NCBI RefSeq assembly: GCF_030028105.1
Contig: NC_092398.1
Coordinates: forward strand, 28,862,424-28,926,423
DNA: 64,000 nt
Direction of reading: 5' to 3'
Source: Mobula birostris
Taxonomy: Eukaryota
Shown here: in pieces, positions 36,835 to 49,714 of the stretch
Layout: every line of letters begins with the position of its first letter
Numbering within the stretch: position 1 is the first letter of the stretch
The notes under the pieces: generated by a model
What the model was told of the DNA's origin: nothing
Seen by the model: only the letters and a program-made list of their open reading frames with translations
The model's database searches: none
Program-made: the position numbers and the translations under genes

Positions 36835-37500
36835 TAGTCATAGTCATACTTTATTGATCCCAGAGGAAATTGGTTTTCGTTACAGTTGCACCATAAATAA
36901 TAAATAGTAATAGAACCATAAATAGTTAAATAGTAATATGTAAATTATGTCAGTAAATTATGAAATAAGTCCAGGACCAACCTATCGGCTCAGGGTGTCT
37001 GACCCTCCAAGGGAGGAGTTGTAAAGTTTGATGGCCACAGGCAGGAATGACTTCCTATGACGCTCTGTATTGCATCTCGGAGGAATGAGTCTCTGGCTGA
37101 ATGTACTCCTGTGCCCACCCAGTACATTATATAGTGGATGGGAGACATTGACCAAGATGGCATTCAACTTAGACAGCATCCTCTTTTCATACACCACCGT
37201 GAGAGAGTCCAGTTCCATCCCTACAACATCACTGGCGTTATGAATGAGTTTGTTTGTTTCTGTTGGTGTCTGCTACCCTCAGCCTGCTGCCCCAGCACAC
37301 AACAGTAAACATGATAGCACTGGCCACCAGAGACTCGTAGAACATCCTCAGCATCATCCGGCGGATGCTAAAAGACCTCAGTCTCCTCAGGAAATAGAGA
37401 CGGCCCTGACCCTTCTTGTAGACAGCCTCAGTGTTCTTACACCAGTCCTGTTTATTGTCAATTTGTATCCCCAGGTATTTGTAATCTTCCACCATGTCCA
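36835..37500 (-). mobile_element. Rex1/Babar LINE 3' end
   Basis: YKYLGIQIDNK...KGQGRLYFLRRLRSF...FYESLVASAIMFTVVCWG. Short TAGTCA tandem tail near 36835. Confidence 0.85.
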
Positions 37501-39149
37501 CATTGTGGAGGATTACACATGAGCACCGATTCTTTCTTATCTTTACATAACTGGGTTAAATATCTAAAATCCTGGTCGATATTTCTGGGCAAACCCAAAA
37601 GGTCTGTTTATAATAAGGCTTGGCTCAAAATGGACCAGCAGCTTTCTCAGAAATGATGTAATCCCACAGCACAATGTTAGTGACTGATCTCAATCGCAAA
37701 GCTGGGGGGCGGGTGGTGAGGGGGAGATGTCACAGAGATACGACGAGGAGAAAACTCCCCCTTAGACCAGTTCAAAACAGGAAATTGGTCTTTTCATGGA
37801 AATAAAACTCACCGAATATTCCCAAGATGTCGGAGGCCAAGTCATTTAAAGCGGAGGCTGATATGTAATTTTTAATCGGAGGTTGAAATTCAGAGAGGAA
37901 CAGGCTTTTCTGGCCCTCAAGCCACTCCATCCTGTAGCCCCATAAATTAATCCTAGCCCAATGACCAATCAAGCTACCAACCGGTGCATCTTTGGATGGT
38001 GTGAGGTAACCGGAGCACCCGGAGAAAACCCACGCGGTCACGGGGAGAACGTACAAACTGCTTACGGACACCAGAGGGAATGAACCCAGGTTGCTGGTTC
38101 TGTAAAGCGTCACGCTAACCGCTATACTACCGTGCCGAGTTAGAAAAGTTCTCGATGGGTAAGGACATTAAAGGTTACGGGGAGAAGGCAGGAGAATGGG
38201 GTTGAGAGGCGTGCTATATTAGCTAGGATTGAATGACAAAGTACACTCGATGGGCTGATTCACTGTGTTAAAAGTCTGTTGCATCGCTTTTTCCGAGCTC
38301 TGTGCCCAAAGAGCTTGGGTCTCTGGGCACACAGCTAGCAGCCAGCTCTCTGCTGCTACGGCACACCAAATTCCTGCTGAGGCACCGACCTCAAGTCTGC
38401 ACGCCTCCAGAGCCACGAAATCCCGGAACCCTGAAGGCTCGCGCATCTTCTAGGCCGCGTCCTTGGCATAACGAATAACGGCCAGTCGTGAGACCCCGAG
38501 AGCGGGTCCCATTCCCGCAAGGAACTGAAGTCAGCGTGTAACTCCAGGTCAGCGTCTTCAAAAGAACCCTGAAAGGGAAAAATAGAGATATTTCTACACC
38601 ATGATCCAGCGGTAATCAAGGTCAGTTACTGTACCGAGGTGGTGATCAGAGTTGTGCCAGTCAGTTGCAGAACCGAATGGTTGAAGGGAAGTTGCTGTTT
38701 CTGAACCTGGTGGGGTGGGACTTCAGGCTCCAGTACCGATGGGAGCTGCGCAGTGATGGTGTGGCCCTGAGTGGTCAGCAATCTTTGATGTTGCTTTCCT
38801 GAGGCAAACACTACTGATGGTGAGAAGGGATGGGCCTGTGATGCATTGGCTTGAGTCCACTAATCTCTGCAGCTCCTTCTATTCCTGCGCATGAAAGCCG
38901 TGATGTAACCAGCCAGGACACTCTCGACAGAAGTTAGGATGGTCAGTGACAAGCAGAGTTTTCTTAACCTCCTAAGAAACCAGCAATCATCTCACTGTAT
39001 CCTCGCACAGTAGACAAAAACTACAGCGAACTGTGAGGGCAGTGCCCTGCATTGGCTGCAGTTTACCATCACTGCAGGACTTGTGCGTGTCCAGGACAAA
39101 GAAGTGTGCAGGAAAAATCCTCGCGGACCCTCCCCTCTGGAAAGCGCTC

Positions 39150-41820
39150 TCATCATCATCATCAGGTGCCATGCCCAGTTTGAGCTTTGACTGCCATGGC
39201 CCACGCGCTCCTGTTTCGGATCAAGTGGATCAATTCATTGGTATTCATTTCTAGTTTTCTGGCTGCTGTCTCCATCATCATTTGTCTTTGTCTTCCTCTT
39301 GCTTTCTTCCCTTCAGTCTTTCCCATAATTACCATGCATTCTAACTCCTCTTTCTGAATCACACGTGCAATGAAGGCACGTTGCCTTTTGATGTTCTCAT
39401 ACATTATTTCTCTTTTTGTGCTTGCTCTGTTCATGAAATCCTCGTTAGATATTCGTTTCGTCCATGATATTCTTTGCATCTCTGCTGCTACAATTCGTTT
39501 AGTTTCGGTCAGTATACTCTTCATTCTTGTAAAGGTGTCTTTTGCCATCCCTATTCTCCTTTTGATGTCCATGTCACACCTGCCATCTGATGTCACCCAG
39601 CTTCCAAAGTAGCAAAAGTTATATACTTGTTTTATGTCTTCCCCATTTATTCTCAGCCTGCAGATAGGATTCGCCTTCTTTTTGGATATCACCATACATT
39701 CTGTCTTTTTGCAATTGATAGATAGATCCGTTTTTGCACTTTCTTCAACAACTATATTAATTAAGTTTTGTAGTTCTTCCTCAGTACTTGCAATTAACAT
39801 AATGTCATCCGCATATCTGAAATTATTGATGTTTTCACTGCCAACTTTGATTCCCAAGATGTCTCATTTTTTGTAATATTGTTTCACAGTACACATTAAT
39901 CAAATCAGGGGAGAAAACACACCCCTGTCTAATGCCTCTCTTGATTTGCGTAAACTGACTTACTTCACCATCTATTCTTACAGTGGCAGTTTGTTCCCAG
40001 TGCAGATTTCTGGTTAGGCGGAGGACTTTTGAATCTAGATCTAGAGTTTTCTGTAATATTTCAAATAACTTATGTGCTTTACTTTATCAAATGCTTTTGT
40101 GCAGTCAATAAAACAAACAAACAAATCTTTTTGCACTTGAACAGCTCGTTCTGATAGTATCCTTAACATCAATATCGCGTTTCTTGTACCTTTGTCTTTC
40201 ACAAAACCACATTGTTCTTTACCTGTTTCAGCTTGTATCTTATTTTTACCTCTTGTCATCAAAATTCTTAGAATTATCTTGGTGATACGACTCATTAAAC
40301 TTATGGTTCTATGTAATTCACATTCTATTGCTGCAGGTTTCTTAGGAAGAGTGATGAATACAGATTTTATCATCTCTTCTGGTATTATTCCAGTCTGATA
40401 AATGTCATTGATTAAATCAGTAAGTTTTTCAATTCCATAATCTTCAAGGGTGATAATTTGTTTTATTACTAATTCATCAGGACCTGCTGCCTTTCCTTTC
40501 TTCATCATATTGCATTACGAACTTCAGATTTTAAAATACTTGGACCTTGCATGTTCTTCTCAATTTCTGGTTTTCCGCCTGGATCATCTTCAAACAATTC
40601 CTGAATATACTCAGTCCATCTGTTCATAATCTCATCTATTTCCATGATAATGGTATCGTCCTTTGCTTTCAAACAGCCACCTGAAGAACAGAGGAGCTTT
40701 TTACCAGTGATATTCTTGATTTGTTGATGTAACCTTTTTGGATCAGTAATAGAGATTCTTTCCAGCTGCTCATATTCCTAGTTTAACCATTCTTCTTTGG
40801 CTTTTTGACGTAAGCTTTCAACTTTTTTTGCTTTATTCCGTCTCCTTCCTTCCATTAGATTTTTGATTTCATCTGTCATCCATTTATTCTTTGTTCTTTT
40901 TTTCTTTTTTTAGGAATCACTGCCTTTGCTGATTCTACCAAGGCATCCTTTGGAGAGTTAAACTTCATTTTTACATGATGGCGAACATCTTCAACAGATG
41001 CTATTTCTAGACTGTGAAATCTATTCCTTACTTCAATTGTAAATTTTTGTCTTAATGTTTCTTCTTTAATTAATTGGAAACAGTCAAGGGATTGTTCAGG
41101 ATTTTGCGTCTTTAGTTTTTTAAGTTTTACCTTTACGTGACATATTACTGGGTTATGGTCACTGTTACAGACTGCACCTGGATATGTTTTGCATTGGGTC
41201 ACTGAGTTTCTAAGTTTTTGGTTTATAGTAATAAAGTCAGTTTGATTTCTAGATTTCTAGTGTTATCAGCTGGACTTTTCCAGGTCCACAAGCCTCTTGG
41301 ATGGTTTTTAAAGTAGGTGTTCATAATGACCTGATTATTCATCTTGCACCATTCTACCCATTTCTCACCTCTTTCATTTCTTTTCCCTAGTCCAAATTTT
41401 CCTATGGTATTTCCATCTGCACCTTGTCCTACTTTAGCATTTAGATCTCTCATGATAATAACTATATCTTTAGATTTGCATCCATTCTTTGCTTGTTCAA
41501 GCTCTTCTTCGAATTTATCTATATCCTCATTTGTTCCATCTGTTGTTGGTGCATATACCTGTATAATCGCTAAATCAAATGGTTGTCCTCTGAATCTAAC
41601 AAGGAGCACTCTTTCTGATACTGCCCAATGTCCTAAAACAAACTTTACCATGTTTTCATCCATAAGAATTCCTACCCTATTAGAATGGAATGTCAGAACC
41701 CTATATCAAGCAGGAAGATTGGACAATGTGATAAATGAAATGGAAAGACTAAAGATTAACATCATGGGAATTAGCAAAGTTCGTTGTACAGGTGCTGGAA
41801 CATGTCAGAATAGAAATAAA
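39150..41820 (-). mobile_element. RTE-clade LINE, longer copy of the family at 18985-20650
   Basis: (CAT)n tail. RT motifs FRYADD and FIDCTKAFDKV. Endonuclease motifs IIQVYAPT and WNVRTL-type sequence. Long near-identical stretches shared with the first copy. Confidence 0.92.
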
Positions 41821-44619
41821 ACAGTAATTTATTCTTGTGGAAAGCGCTCTACGGTTATTAAAACACAGCGTTCACGCCATCTTAAAAGTTTCTTCCCCCA
41901 GGCAGTTAATCTGATCCACCATTCTAGTTACCTCCCCCACCCCCTCTATCTATTACTCCATCATCGCACTGCAAACACTTCAAACCAATTTTATAATGCT
42001 GTTTACATTGTAAATACATGCTGGTATTTATGTCTTTATGTTGTTTCCTCGAGCAAGGCACTTAACCACACATTGCCCTGCGACGACACCAGTGCCAAGC
42101 TGCATCGGCTCCAGTGCCCTTCCCTTGGACAACATCAGTGGGTGTGGAGAGGGCAGACTTGCAGCATGGGTAACTACCGGTCTTCCATACAACCTTGCCC
42201 AGGTCTGCGCCCTGGAGACCTTCCAAGGCGCAAATCCATGGTCTCACGAGACTAACAGATAGCTGTGGTGAATAATATTGATCCTTGATACTACATTGGC
42301 TCGTTAACACAACTTGGGGACGTGCAGGGGACACTGGAGCATCCTGCAGAAGCCAAAGTGTTTGCAAAGTGAGCTTGCAAACTCCACATAGGTAGCACCT
42401 CGGGTCAGGATCGAACTCGGGCTCCCTGGATACTCCAAGTGTCGTCTGACCAATGCCTGAATCTGGAACTTAGAACAGAACAGGTCCTTTGACGTACAAT
42501 GTTGTGGCAACATTTTAACCTACTCTGAGATCAATCTAACCCTTCTCTTCTATGTAACCCTCCATTTTTCTATCATCCATCTGAGTTCCTTAAATGTCTC
42601 TAAGGAATTTTCCTCTCCCATTGCCCCTGGCAGGGTGTTCCACATACCCACATAGTCTGTGTTTAAAAAACTACCTCTGCATCAGGCAGATGGGGTTCAT
42701 CGGCCAACATTGGAAGCTGGTATAGGAGAAGGAAAACTCTGATCTCAAACCTCTGCTGCCTTGGGGCTATACCCACTCATGGGGAGTAAACCCCAAGGGG
42801 AAAATCCAGAGCTGGAGTCCGTAAGACAGTCCGACGTTGATTTCAGCACTGACTGGCAACGCCTGCGGTGCTGCTGATGCCTGACGGTATCGGCGTCTGC
42901 CGTTCCTTTGGATTCATCAGCTGCATAGAGAGGGGAAGCCTGTTACATGGGTAACAGCTTGCTCCCCATATCGTACTGCCCTGGCTTGCGTATAACGATA
43001 GCTAGGACACACCATCTGTTTTTGACCCTAACATCTCCAGTCACTTTAACGTTATGCTCCCTTGCATTAGGCAAGTCTGGCCTGGGAAAATGGAACTGGC
43101 TTGGGCCTTTTCTCGAAGAAATGATGTGCCGGCATTGGAGAGGATCCAGGGGAACTTCACAGGAATTATCCTGGGAATGAACGGATTAGTGTGCGAGGCA
43201 CATTTGATGGCTCTAGGCCTGTTCTCGCTGGAGTTTAGAAGAATTAGGTGGGTGGGGGGGAGACATCTCACTGAAACCTATTGGATACTGAAAAGAATTT
43301 CTTTATCCAGAGGGTGATGAATCTCTGGAATCCATTGCCATAGATGGGGCTGTGGACGCCAAGTCATTGAGTATATTTAAACCAGGGGCCTGATTAGCAA
43401 GGGTGTTAAAGGTTACGTGGAGAAGGCCGGAGAATGGGATTGAGATGGATAATAAGTCAGCCACAATGGAATGGCAGAGCAGACTCAATGGGCCGAATGG
43501 CCAGATTCTGGTCCAAATGTATGTCTGTTGGTCCCTGAATGACTAACAACAGTTCGGCTTCACTGAAAGAGGAGTAAACGTTCTTGGCCAGCGTCTCTCC
43601 CTCAAGGGCTGTACAGTATGAAGAATGGAATTTTGTTTATTTGGGAGTGAGTCTGCATGCTAGCTTCTTCACTGTGTGGAGAACTTCACTCACCTCCGCA
43701 CTGAACCGATTCCACAACCTACAGACTCACTTTCAAGGACTCTACGCGTTCTCAGTATTATTTATTTACTCATTTATCTTCTTTTTTTGCATTTGCACAC
43801 TTTTCTTTTTTGCACATTGGTTGCTGATAAGTTTTTGTAGCTTTTCATTAGGCTCCTTAAAGTTCCCATAGCCCGGAGAGGTAGTGGGAATAAGCTCCTA
43901 CTATCTATTAAATGCTCCCAATGGCGTGCGCCTCCAATAGCCTCTGACAACCAAGTCCAGCTCTTGGCTTTCACGTGTGGCTTAGCTACTAAACCCATTG
44001 GAGAAGGGGCAAAGGCGGTGACTGGCACCGTAAAACCAGTCGCATCGGGCAGATATGGCTGGCAGCTCATCTTGTAGAAGGAAAACCCTCAAACCTCTGC
44101 TGCCTTGAGGCTATACCCAGTCATGGGCTAGGCTTCGGGAATAAACTCCGAGGAATTATCCGGAGCTGGAGTCCCCACGTTGAGTTAAATGCTGATTGGC
44201 AACACGAGTAACACTGGCTGGTGCCAAACTGTATCGGTCTCCGCCGTTCCTTTGGATTCACGGCTGCGTGGAGAGGGGAAGCTTGCGACAGGGACAACAG
44301 CTTGCGCTCCATATCGGACTGCCCTGGCTTGCATACCATGTAGACCGCTAGGATGCAATAAGAGTTGTCCCCGACCAACGGAGGGCCTCAACAAAACTGT
44401 GAAGGCCTGTAAGAAAATGAATCTCAGGGTAGTATATGGTGAGCTATGTATAACCTAAAAGATAGAGCTCTGTTGGCGGTGGAGACTGCTGCAGGCCCTC
44501 CATGCTATCATGTTAATAAACTCTTAAAACGAAACTCAAGGTCACTCAGGTGCTCCCAGTTAATATTTCCACGACAGCCACTAAGTTTATGTGCTGCTGT
44601 AGCCTAGCCACTACCAGCT

Positions 44620-45160
44620 CTAACGTGCTGCGTGCTCAGAAATGCTCCTCGGCACACCACAGCTGTAACGTGTGGTTATTTGAGTTACCGTTGCCTTCCC
44701 GACAGCTTGAAGCAGTCTGGCCATTCTCCTCTGACCTCTCTCATTAACAAGCCGTTTTTGCCCACAGAACTGCTGCTCGCTGGATTTTTTTTTTTGTTTT
44801 TGTTTTTCACACCATTCTCTGTAAACTCTAGAACGGGGGTTCCCAACCTGTTTTGTGTATTGGACCCCAACCATTAATCAAAGGCCCATGGACCCGGGTT
44901 GGGAACCACTGCTCCAGAGACAGTTGCAGGTGAAAATCCCAGGAGACCAGCAGCTTCTCAGATGCTCCAACCACCCCGTCTGGCACCAACAATCTTTCCA
45001 TGGTCACTTAAATCACATTTCTTCCCCCATGCTGATGTTTGATCTGAACAACAACTGAACCTCTTGACTATGCCTGCATGCTTTTACGCATTGAGCTGCT
45101 GCCATGTGATTGGTTGAGTACTACGAGCAGGTGTACCTCATAACGTGGCCAGTGATTGTA
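44620..45160 (-). mobile_element. Internally deleted Tc1-like element (HTH-only)
   Basis: Encodes SRVYREWCEKQK...LVNERGQRRMARL...KATVTQITTRY. Family terminus CACTCAGTGGCCACTTTATTAGGTAC. Other copies lie near 570-900, 1260-1510, 13060-13280, 33850-34030 and 58910-59460. Confidence 0.75.
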
Positions 45161-45250
45161 GATGTACTTTGATAATTTATTTACTTTGGACGTGATCAAG
45201 GAAAGGGTGGGCATATACGGTACCTAACTTCTTTCTCACTTTATTCCAAG

Positions 45251-45523
45251 TGTTTAAAAGCGTCTCAGAAAGGCTGTATTACAGCTACAGCCCGAGTTCC
45301 GAAACCAATGGCAAGGTCTTCGACGCGAACACCTCTCCCTTCCTCTTCGACGATTACCAGCGCCGGATGTTCTTCATCAACGGAATTGAGACAGACGGGG
45401 TAAAGGAGCTCGGCCAAGATGAGGTGAACCGGTTCAAGGAGAGGTCGAGCGGGATTCAGACCTGGCAGCAGGGCATCACCAAGGAGATGATGAAGTTCAC
45501 GAACAGTTCGAGCGTCCTGAAAA
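45251..45523 (+). pseudogene. WA: MHC W-category alpha chain gene 2, exon 2 (alpha1 domain)
   Basis: ctttctcactttattccaag| acceptor and A|GTGAGT donor, 273 nt, phase 1/1, open: FKSVSERLYYSYSPSSETNGKVFDANTSPFLFDDYQRRMFFINGIETDGVKELGQDEVNRFKERSSGIQTWQQGITKEMMKFTNSSSVLK. Splices in frame to the C1 exon. Confidence 0.75.
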
Positions 45524-46295
45524 GTGAGTCACCGCGCAGAGTCATAGCGCACAGAAACGGGACCTTCAGCCCATCTAGCCCATGCCGAACTATCAACCAA
45601 TCGGCGTGCGCCCGGGTATCACCCTCCATGCCCCTCCCATCCAGGTGAATCTCTTAAATATTGAAATCAAAGTTACAACTATCACTTCTGATGGCAGCTC
45701 GTTCCACATTCTCAACACCTCTGAGGTTCCCTTTCACTTCACCCTTAACTCTCAACTCACAAACTCTACTTCCAGTCTCGCCCAACCTCAGCGGAAAAAG
45801 CCTGCTCGTGTTTAGCTTCTCTACACCCCTCATAATTTTGTTTATCTCAATCAAATCTTCCCCTCATTCTCCTACACTCTGGGGAGTAAAGTCCTAACCT
45901 ATTCAATCTTTCCCAATAACTCCGGTCCTCAAGTCCTCAAGTCCTCATAAGTTTTCTCTGCACTTTTTCAATCTTATTGTTATTATTCCTGCAGACAGGT
46001 GACCAGAAATGCACACAATGATCCAAATTAGGCCTCAACGACTTCTCATACAACTCAACACTTGTGAACATTTGTGAATAGTTCAATTTTATAAACATTT
46101 CGAACCTTCTCGTGATCCATTCTGAACTGAACTAGACCCCCTCAGCTGCATTTGGCCAATGTATCTTGCCTACTTGTGTACCTGTCTAATTGTCTTTCAG
46201 TCCAATAGCACCCTCCTCCATCACATCGTCTGGCTCTGTCAGCTGGATGAGGCAGTGGCTCTACCAGCTGCACTTCTGTCCTTTTCGTATAACTG

Positions 46296-46512
46296 CCTGA
46301 TCTTTGCCCCTTCACTAATCCTTTCCCTATCCCTGATGTTTGCACTTTCGCTAATTCTTTCCATATCCCTAATCTTTGCCCATTCGCTAAAACTTTACAT
46401 ATCCCTGATCATTGACCTTTCACTAAACCTTTCCGTATCCCTGACCTTTGCCCTTTCACGAAATCTTTCCATATCCCTGACCTTTGCCCTTTCGCTAAAC
46501 CTTTATATATCC
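46296..46512. repeat. 36-bp tandem repeat, about 6 copies, in WA gene 2 intron 2
   Basis: Unit CCCTGACCTTTGCCCTTTCGCTAAACCTTTCCATAT. Confidence 0.9.
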
Positions 46513-46692
46513 CTTCTCTGAAGCTTTGAGGCCTTCTTACGCCTGATTTGCCCAGAATTTCAGGGACAGGTTTAGTTGTGTTCAGGACATATCTGTGGCC
46601 ATTCACAGTTACTTTTGCCCCATTCACGCTGACCTTTCCACATTGACATTTACCTTTGATCTGTTCACGGTGACCGTTGCTCCGTGTCCCAG

Positions 46693-46974
46693 AGAAACCC
46701 ACCATCCACATCTGGACGGAAGACGGTTATGCTCCAGAGAAGTCGAAGACCCTGCAGTGTTACACTGAGAACTTCTAACCATTCGAGATCAAGCTCAGCT
46801 TCCTGATCAACAGGCAGCCGTTCACCGGGCCTGTCCGATCATCGCAGCTGGTGGTGGAGTCAGATTGGACCTTCAACGTCTATAAGTACATTGGGATCGA
46901 GCCAAAGGACGAGGACACATTCAGCTGTCGGGCAGCACACGTCAGCTTTGAGGAAGGGCTGACCATCTCACTAG
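46693..46974 (+). pseudogene. WA: WA gene 2, exon 3 (Ig C1 alpha2 domain) with in-frame stop
   Basis: 282 nt, phase 1/1, gtgtcccag| and G|GTATGT. KKPTIHIWTEDGYAPEKSKTLQCYTENF*PFEIKLSFLINRQPFTGPVRSSQLVVESDWTFNVYKYIGIEPKDEDTFSCRAAHVSFEEGLTISL. TAA at 46776-46778 sits in the FYP motif. The DWxF motif is present and the C-strand Trp is absent, as in beta2m. Aligns without gaps to gene 1 exon 3. Confidence 0.88.
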
Positions 46975-47159
46975 GTATGTTGGCTGGGAAAGGGCAGGGA
47001 GAGAATACCATGGCTCATGTATCTAAAACCAAGGTTTCTGTTATGGAGCAAAGCTGTAAACATCAAGGCCTCTCAATCCTGACATCCTTACTGTCCGCTA
47101 GATTTTATCAACATTCATGAGACTTTTGCAATCCTGATACAACTTCAGGGATCGTGGAA

Positions 47160-47420
47160 CTACTGACACACTCCTCGGGACCCCTACAAATACGAACGCA
47201 CTTCTCAGGACCCCCTATAAATACTAACACACTTCCCAGGACACCCTATAAATACCGACACACTCCCCAATACACCCCATAATTACCAACACTCTCCCCG
47301 GGACACCCCGTAAATACCAGCACACTCCCTGGGACCACCTGTAAATACCAACGCATTCCCCAGGACCCCTTGTAAAAACTGACACACTCCCCGAGACCCC
47401 CTGTAAATATCGATGCATTC
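47160..47420. repeat. About 31-bp tandem repeat in WA gene 2 intron 3
   Basis: Unit approximately CACACTCCCCGGGACCCCTGTAAATACCGA, about 8 diverged copies. Confidence 0.8.
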
Positions 47421-48798
47421 CCCAAAATACTGATCTAACTAGTGTTTACTTTAAGTAAGGCGCGCACGTATCACACAGTCACCTGCTGACGTATGCAATT
47501 CACGTATTTGTACATATAACCCAAAATGAATTATTTAAACAAACAAGAATGCTGCATCAACCAATATGTATACAATTTTACTCAAATATTTTTAAAATAT
47601 TAGATACAACAGTTTCTCCCACATCCCAAAGATGTATAGATCAGTAGGCTAATTGGTCACATGAGTGCTGAGTTAATAGTTAAGTTAATCACATTGCTGT
47701 GATTGCTCGTTCAAAGTTCAAAGTGCATTTGTTGTCAAAATATGTATAAATTATACAGCCTTGAGATTTGTCTCCTTACAGGCAGCCACAAAACAGAAAA
47801 TCCAAAAGAACTCATTAACAAAACGCTAATTAACACCCAAAGAAAGAAAAAAGAAGACACAATTCGTGCAAAGATTAAAAGCAAGCAGCAGCATTTAGAA
47901 GGAAAGACACAGAGCCTCAGTTGACGGTGCATTGGAGCTCACGGACATGAAGCCTGGAGTAGGCCCACAGCCTTGGCCATAGCAGAGAGCAAAGTGAGCA
48001 TAGCGGGGTGGCGTGCAGAACCGGTCCGACCCTCACCTCCGGTGCCGACACCCTGTATTTTCAATCCATCAGGCCTGGCATTCATATTGTCCAAACACCG
48101 GGGTGTTTACCCTCTCCAGGACCTAGGCCCTGTCACGCCCATACGCTCTGAGCCTGGGCCCACATTTTAACTTTACCCGACCTAGACCTCGCTCCGACTT
48201 TGCATCGCACCCGCATGCCCCTTCACGGTTTGCGGCAACTGTTTACCACGATTTTCCACAGAAAACGTCTTATTAATAAAGTATTTAGTTGTGTTTCTTG
48301 CTTTATGTACCACCAGTAAACTGTCGCCCGTCTTCAGTAGCAGCATCCAGTACTAAAAGGGCCTGGTACAAGGCAATATCTCGAAAAAGATAAATTCTTT
48401 AAAGAATATAGTTTAAACAGTTGCAGAGAAAGTGAGGTGCAGGATAACAAATAAAGTTCGAGAGACATGGAGAGCTTTAACACGCAAGGGCTCCCTTCAA
48501 TCGGGTAGAATCTACCCTTGGGCCTGGTGGGACGTGCTTTCAGGCCATTGTATCTACAGCCCAAAGGGGGAGAGGAGAAGAGAGAATGCCCAGGGTGGGA
48601 GGGGGTTTTGATTATACAGGCTGCTTTACTGAGACAGCGAAAAGTGTAGACAAGAGTCCATGGAGAGGATATTGGTTCTGTGACGTGTTGTGATCGAGAT
48701 AGGATGCAATCCGGGGTACATCTAAAAAAAATCTGGTCAGAGTCCTCAGGGACGTGCCGAATTTGGACTCAATCTGCCGTCCTGACTTTACCCCACAG

Positions 48799-48910
48799 AT
48801 CTGCCTCCTCCTGTGCCCACATCCGGGATTATTGTCTGTGCAGTCGGAGTCACAGTGGGAGTTATCGGGTCGCTGGTAACACTGTACCTGGGCAGAGCGA
48901 TGCACTAAAG
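48799..48910 (+). pseudogene. WA: WA gene 2, exon 4 (CP/TM/CY, stop)
   Basis: ttaccccacag| acceptor. DLPPPVPTSGIIVCAVGVTVGVIGSLVTLYLGRAMH*, with the class II alpha TM motif CxxGxxxGxxG. TAA at 48906-48908 is followed 2 nt later by a |GTGAGG donor, the layout typical of class II alpha genes. Confidence 0.88.
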
Positions 48911-49714
48911 GTGAGGACCTCATTCATCTCTGCGATGGACCCACCCCCTCATCCCCCAAACAGAATATCGACCATTACAGCAGAGTACAGGCCTTTCAGC
49001 CCAAGATGTTGTACTGACCCTTTAACCCACTCCAACTTCGATTTAACCCTTCCCTCCCACATTGCCCTCCATTTTTTTCAATTATCCATTTGCCTGTCTG
49101 AGAGTTCCATAAATTCCCCTAATGTACCTACCACCACCCCTGACAGCGCCTTCCATGCATCCATAAGGCATAGGAGGAAAACGAGACCATTTGGCCCATT
49201 GAGTCTGCTCTACCATTTCAATCTCCTGCCTCTGTTAAACATCCTCATCCACAACTCAGTAAAAACAACCTCCTGACATCCCCCGACACTTGTTTTGGTT
49301 CACCACAGATTCATCTTCTCATCCCCCTATTTCCCTGAAGTTTCCCAATGTTTGTGAATCAGGGGTTTCAGCTTCGGTGTGTTCTCTTGCAGGTGGGGAG
49401 GAGTTTGCCCGGGGAGATTCTGCAGTAAGTAACCTCCTGACAGGTAGAAACAACACAGGGGAAGGTGAGTGCCGCTGACGTTTTCTGAAGTGATTGGTCA
49501 GACTTTGCAGTGTTGCCAATCTTACCACAGTCAGCAAGTCATCCTTCCAGTCTGAACCTTGTCTGACAGACCAACAAACCTGTAACCAGCAAACGAAAAT
49601 TGGTTCATCGTTGTCACATGTCTCGAAGTACAGTGAAAAACTTTGCTTTGCACCCATCTATCAGTCACTCTGTGTTTAACCTGTCTTTTCCTTTTTCTTT
49701 TACGTTTTCTGCAG

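Noticed and set aside
43618-43680. Candidate WA gene 2 leader MKNGILFIWE*VCMLASSLCG
   Set aside because: It has an in-frame TGA, the GTGAGT donor falls in phase 2 after only 29 nt, and the 3' side runs into a Rex1-type tail.
45251-48910. Calling genes 1 and 2 classical MHC class II alpha
   Set aside because: Both alpha2 domains lack the C-strand Trp (TWLRNG-type motif) of class II alpha2 and carry beta2m-type DWxF instead.
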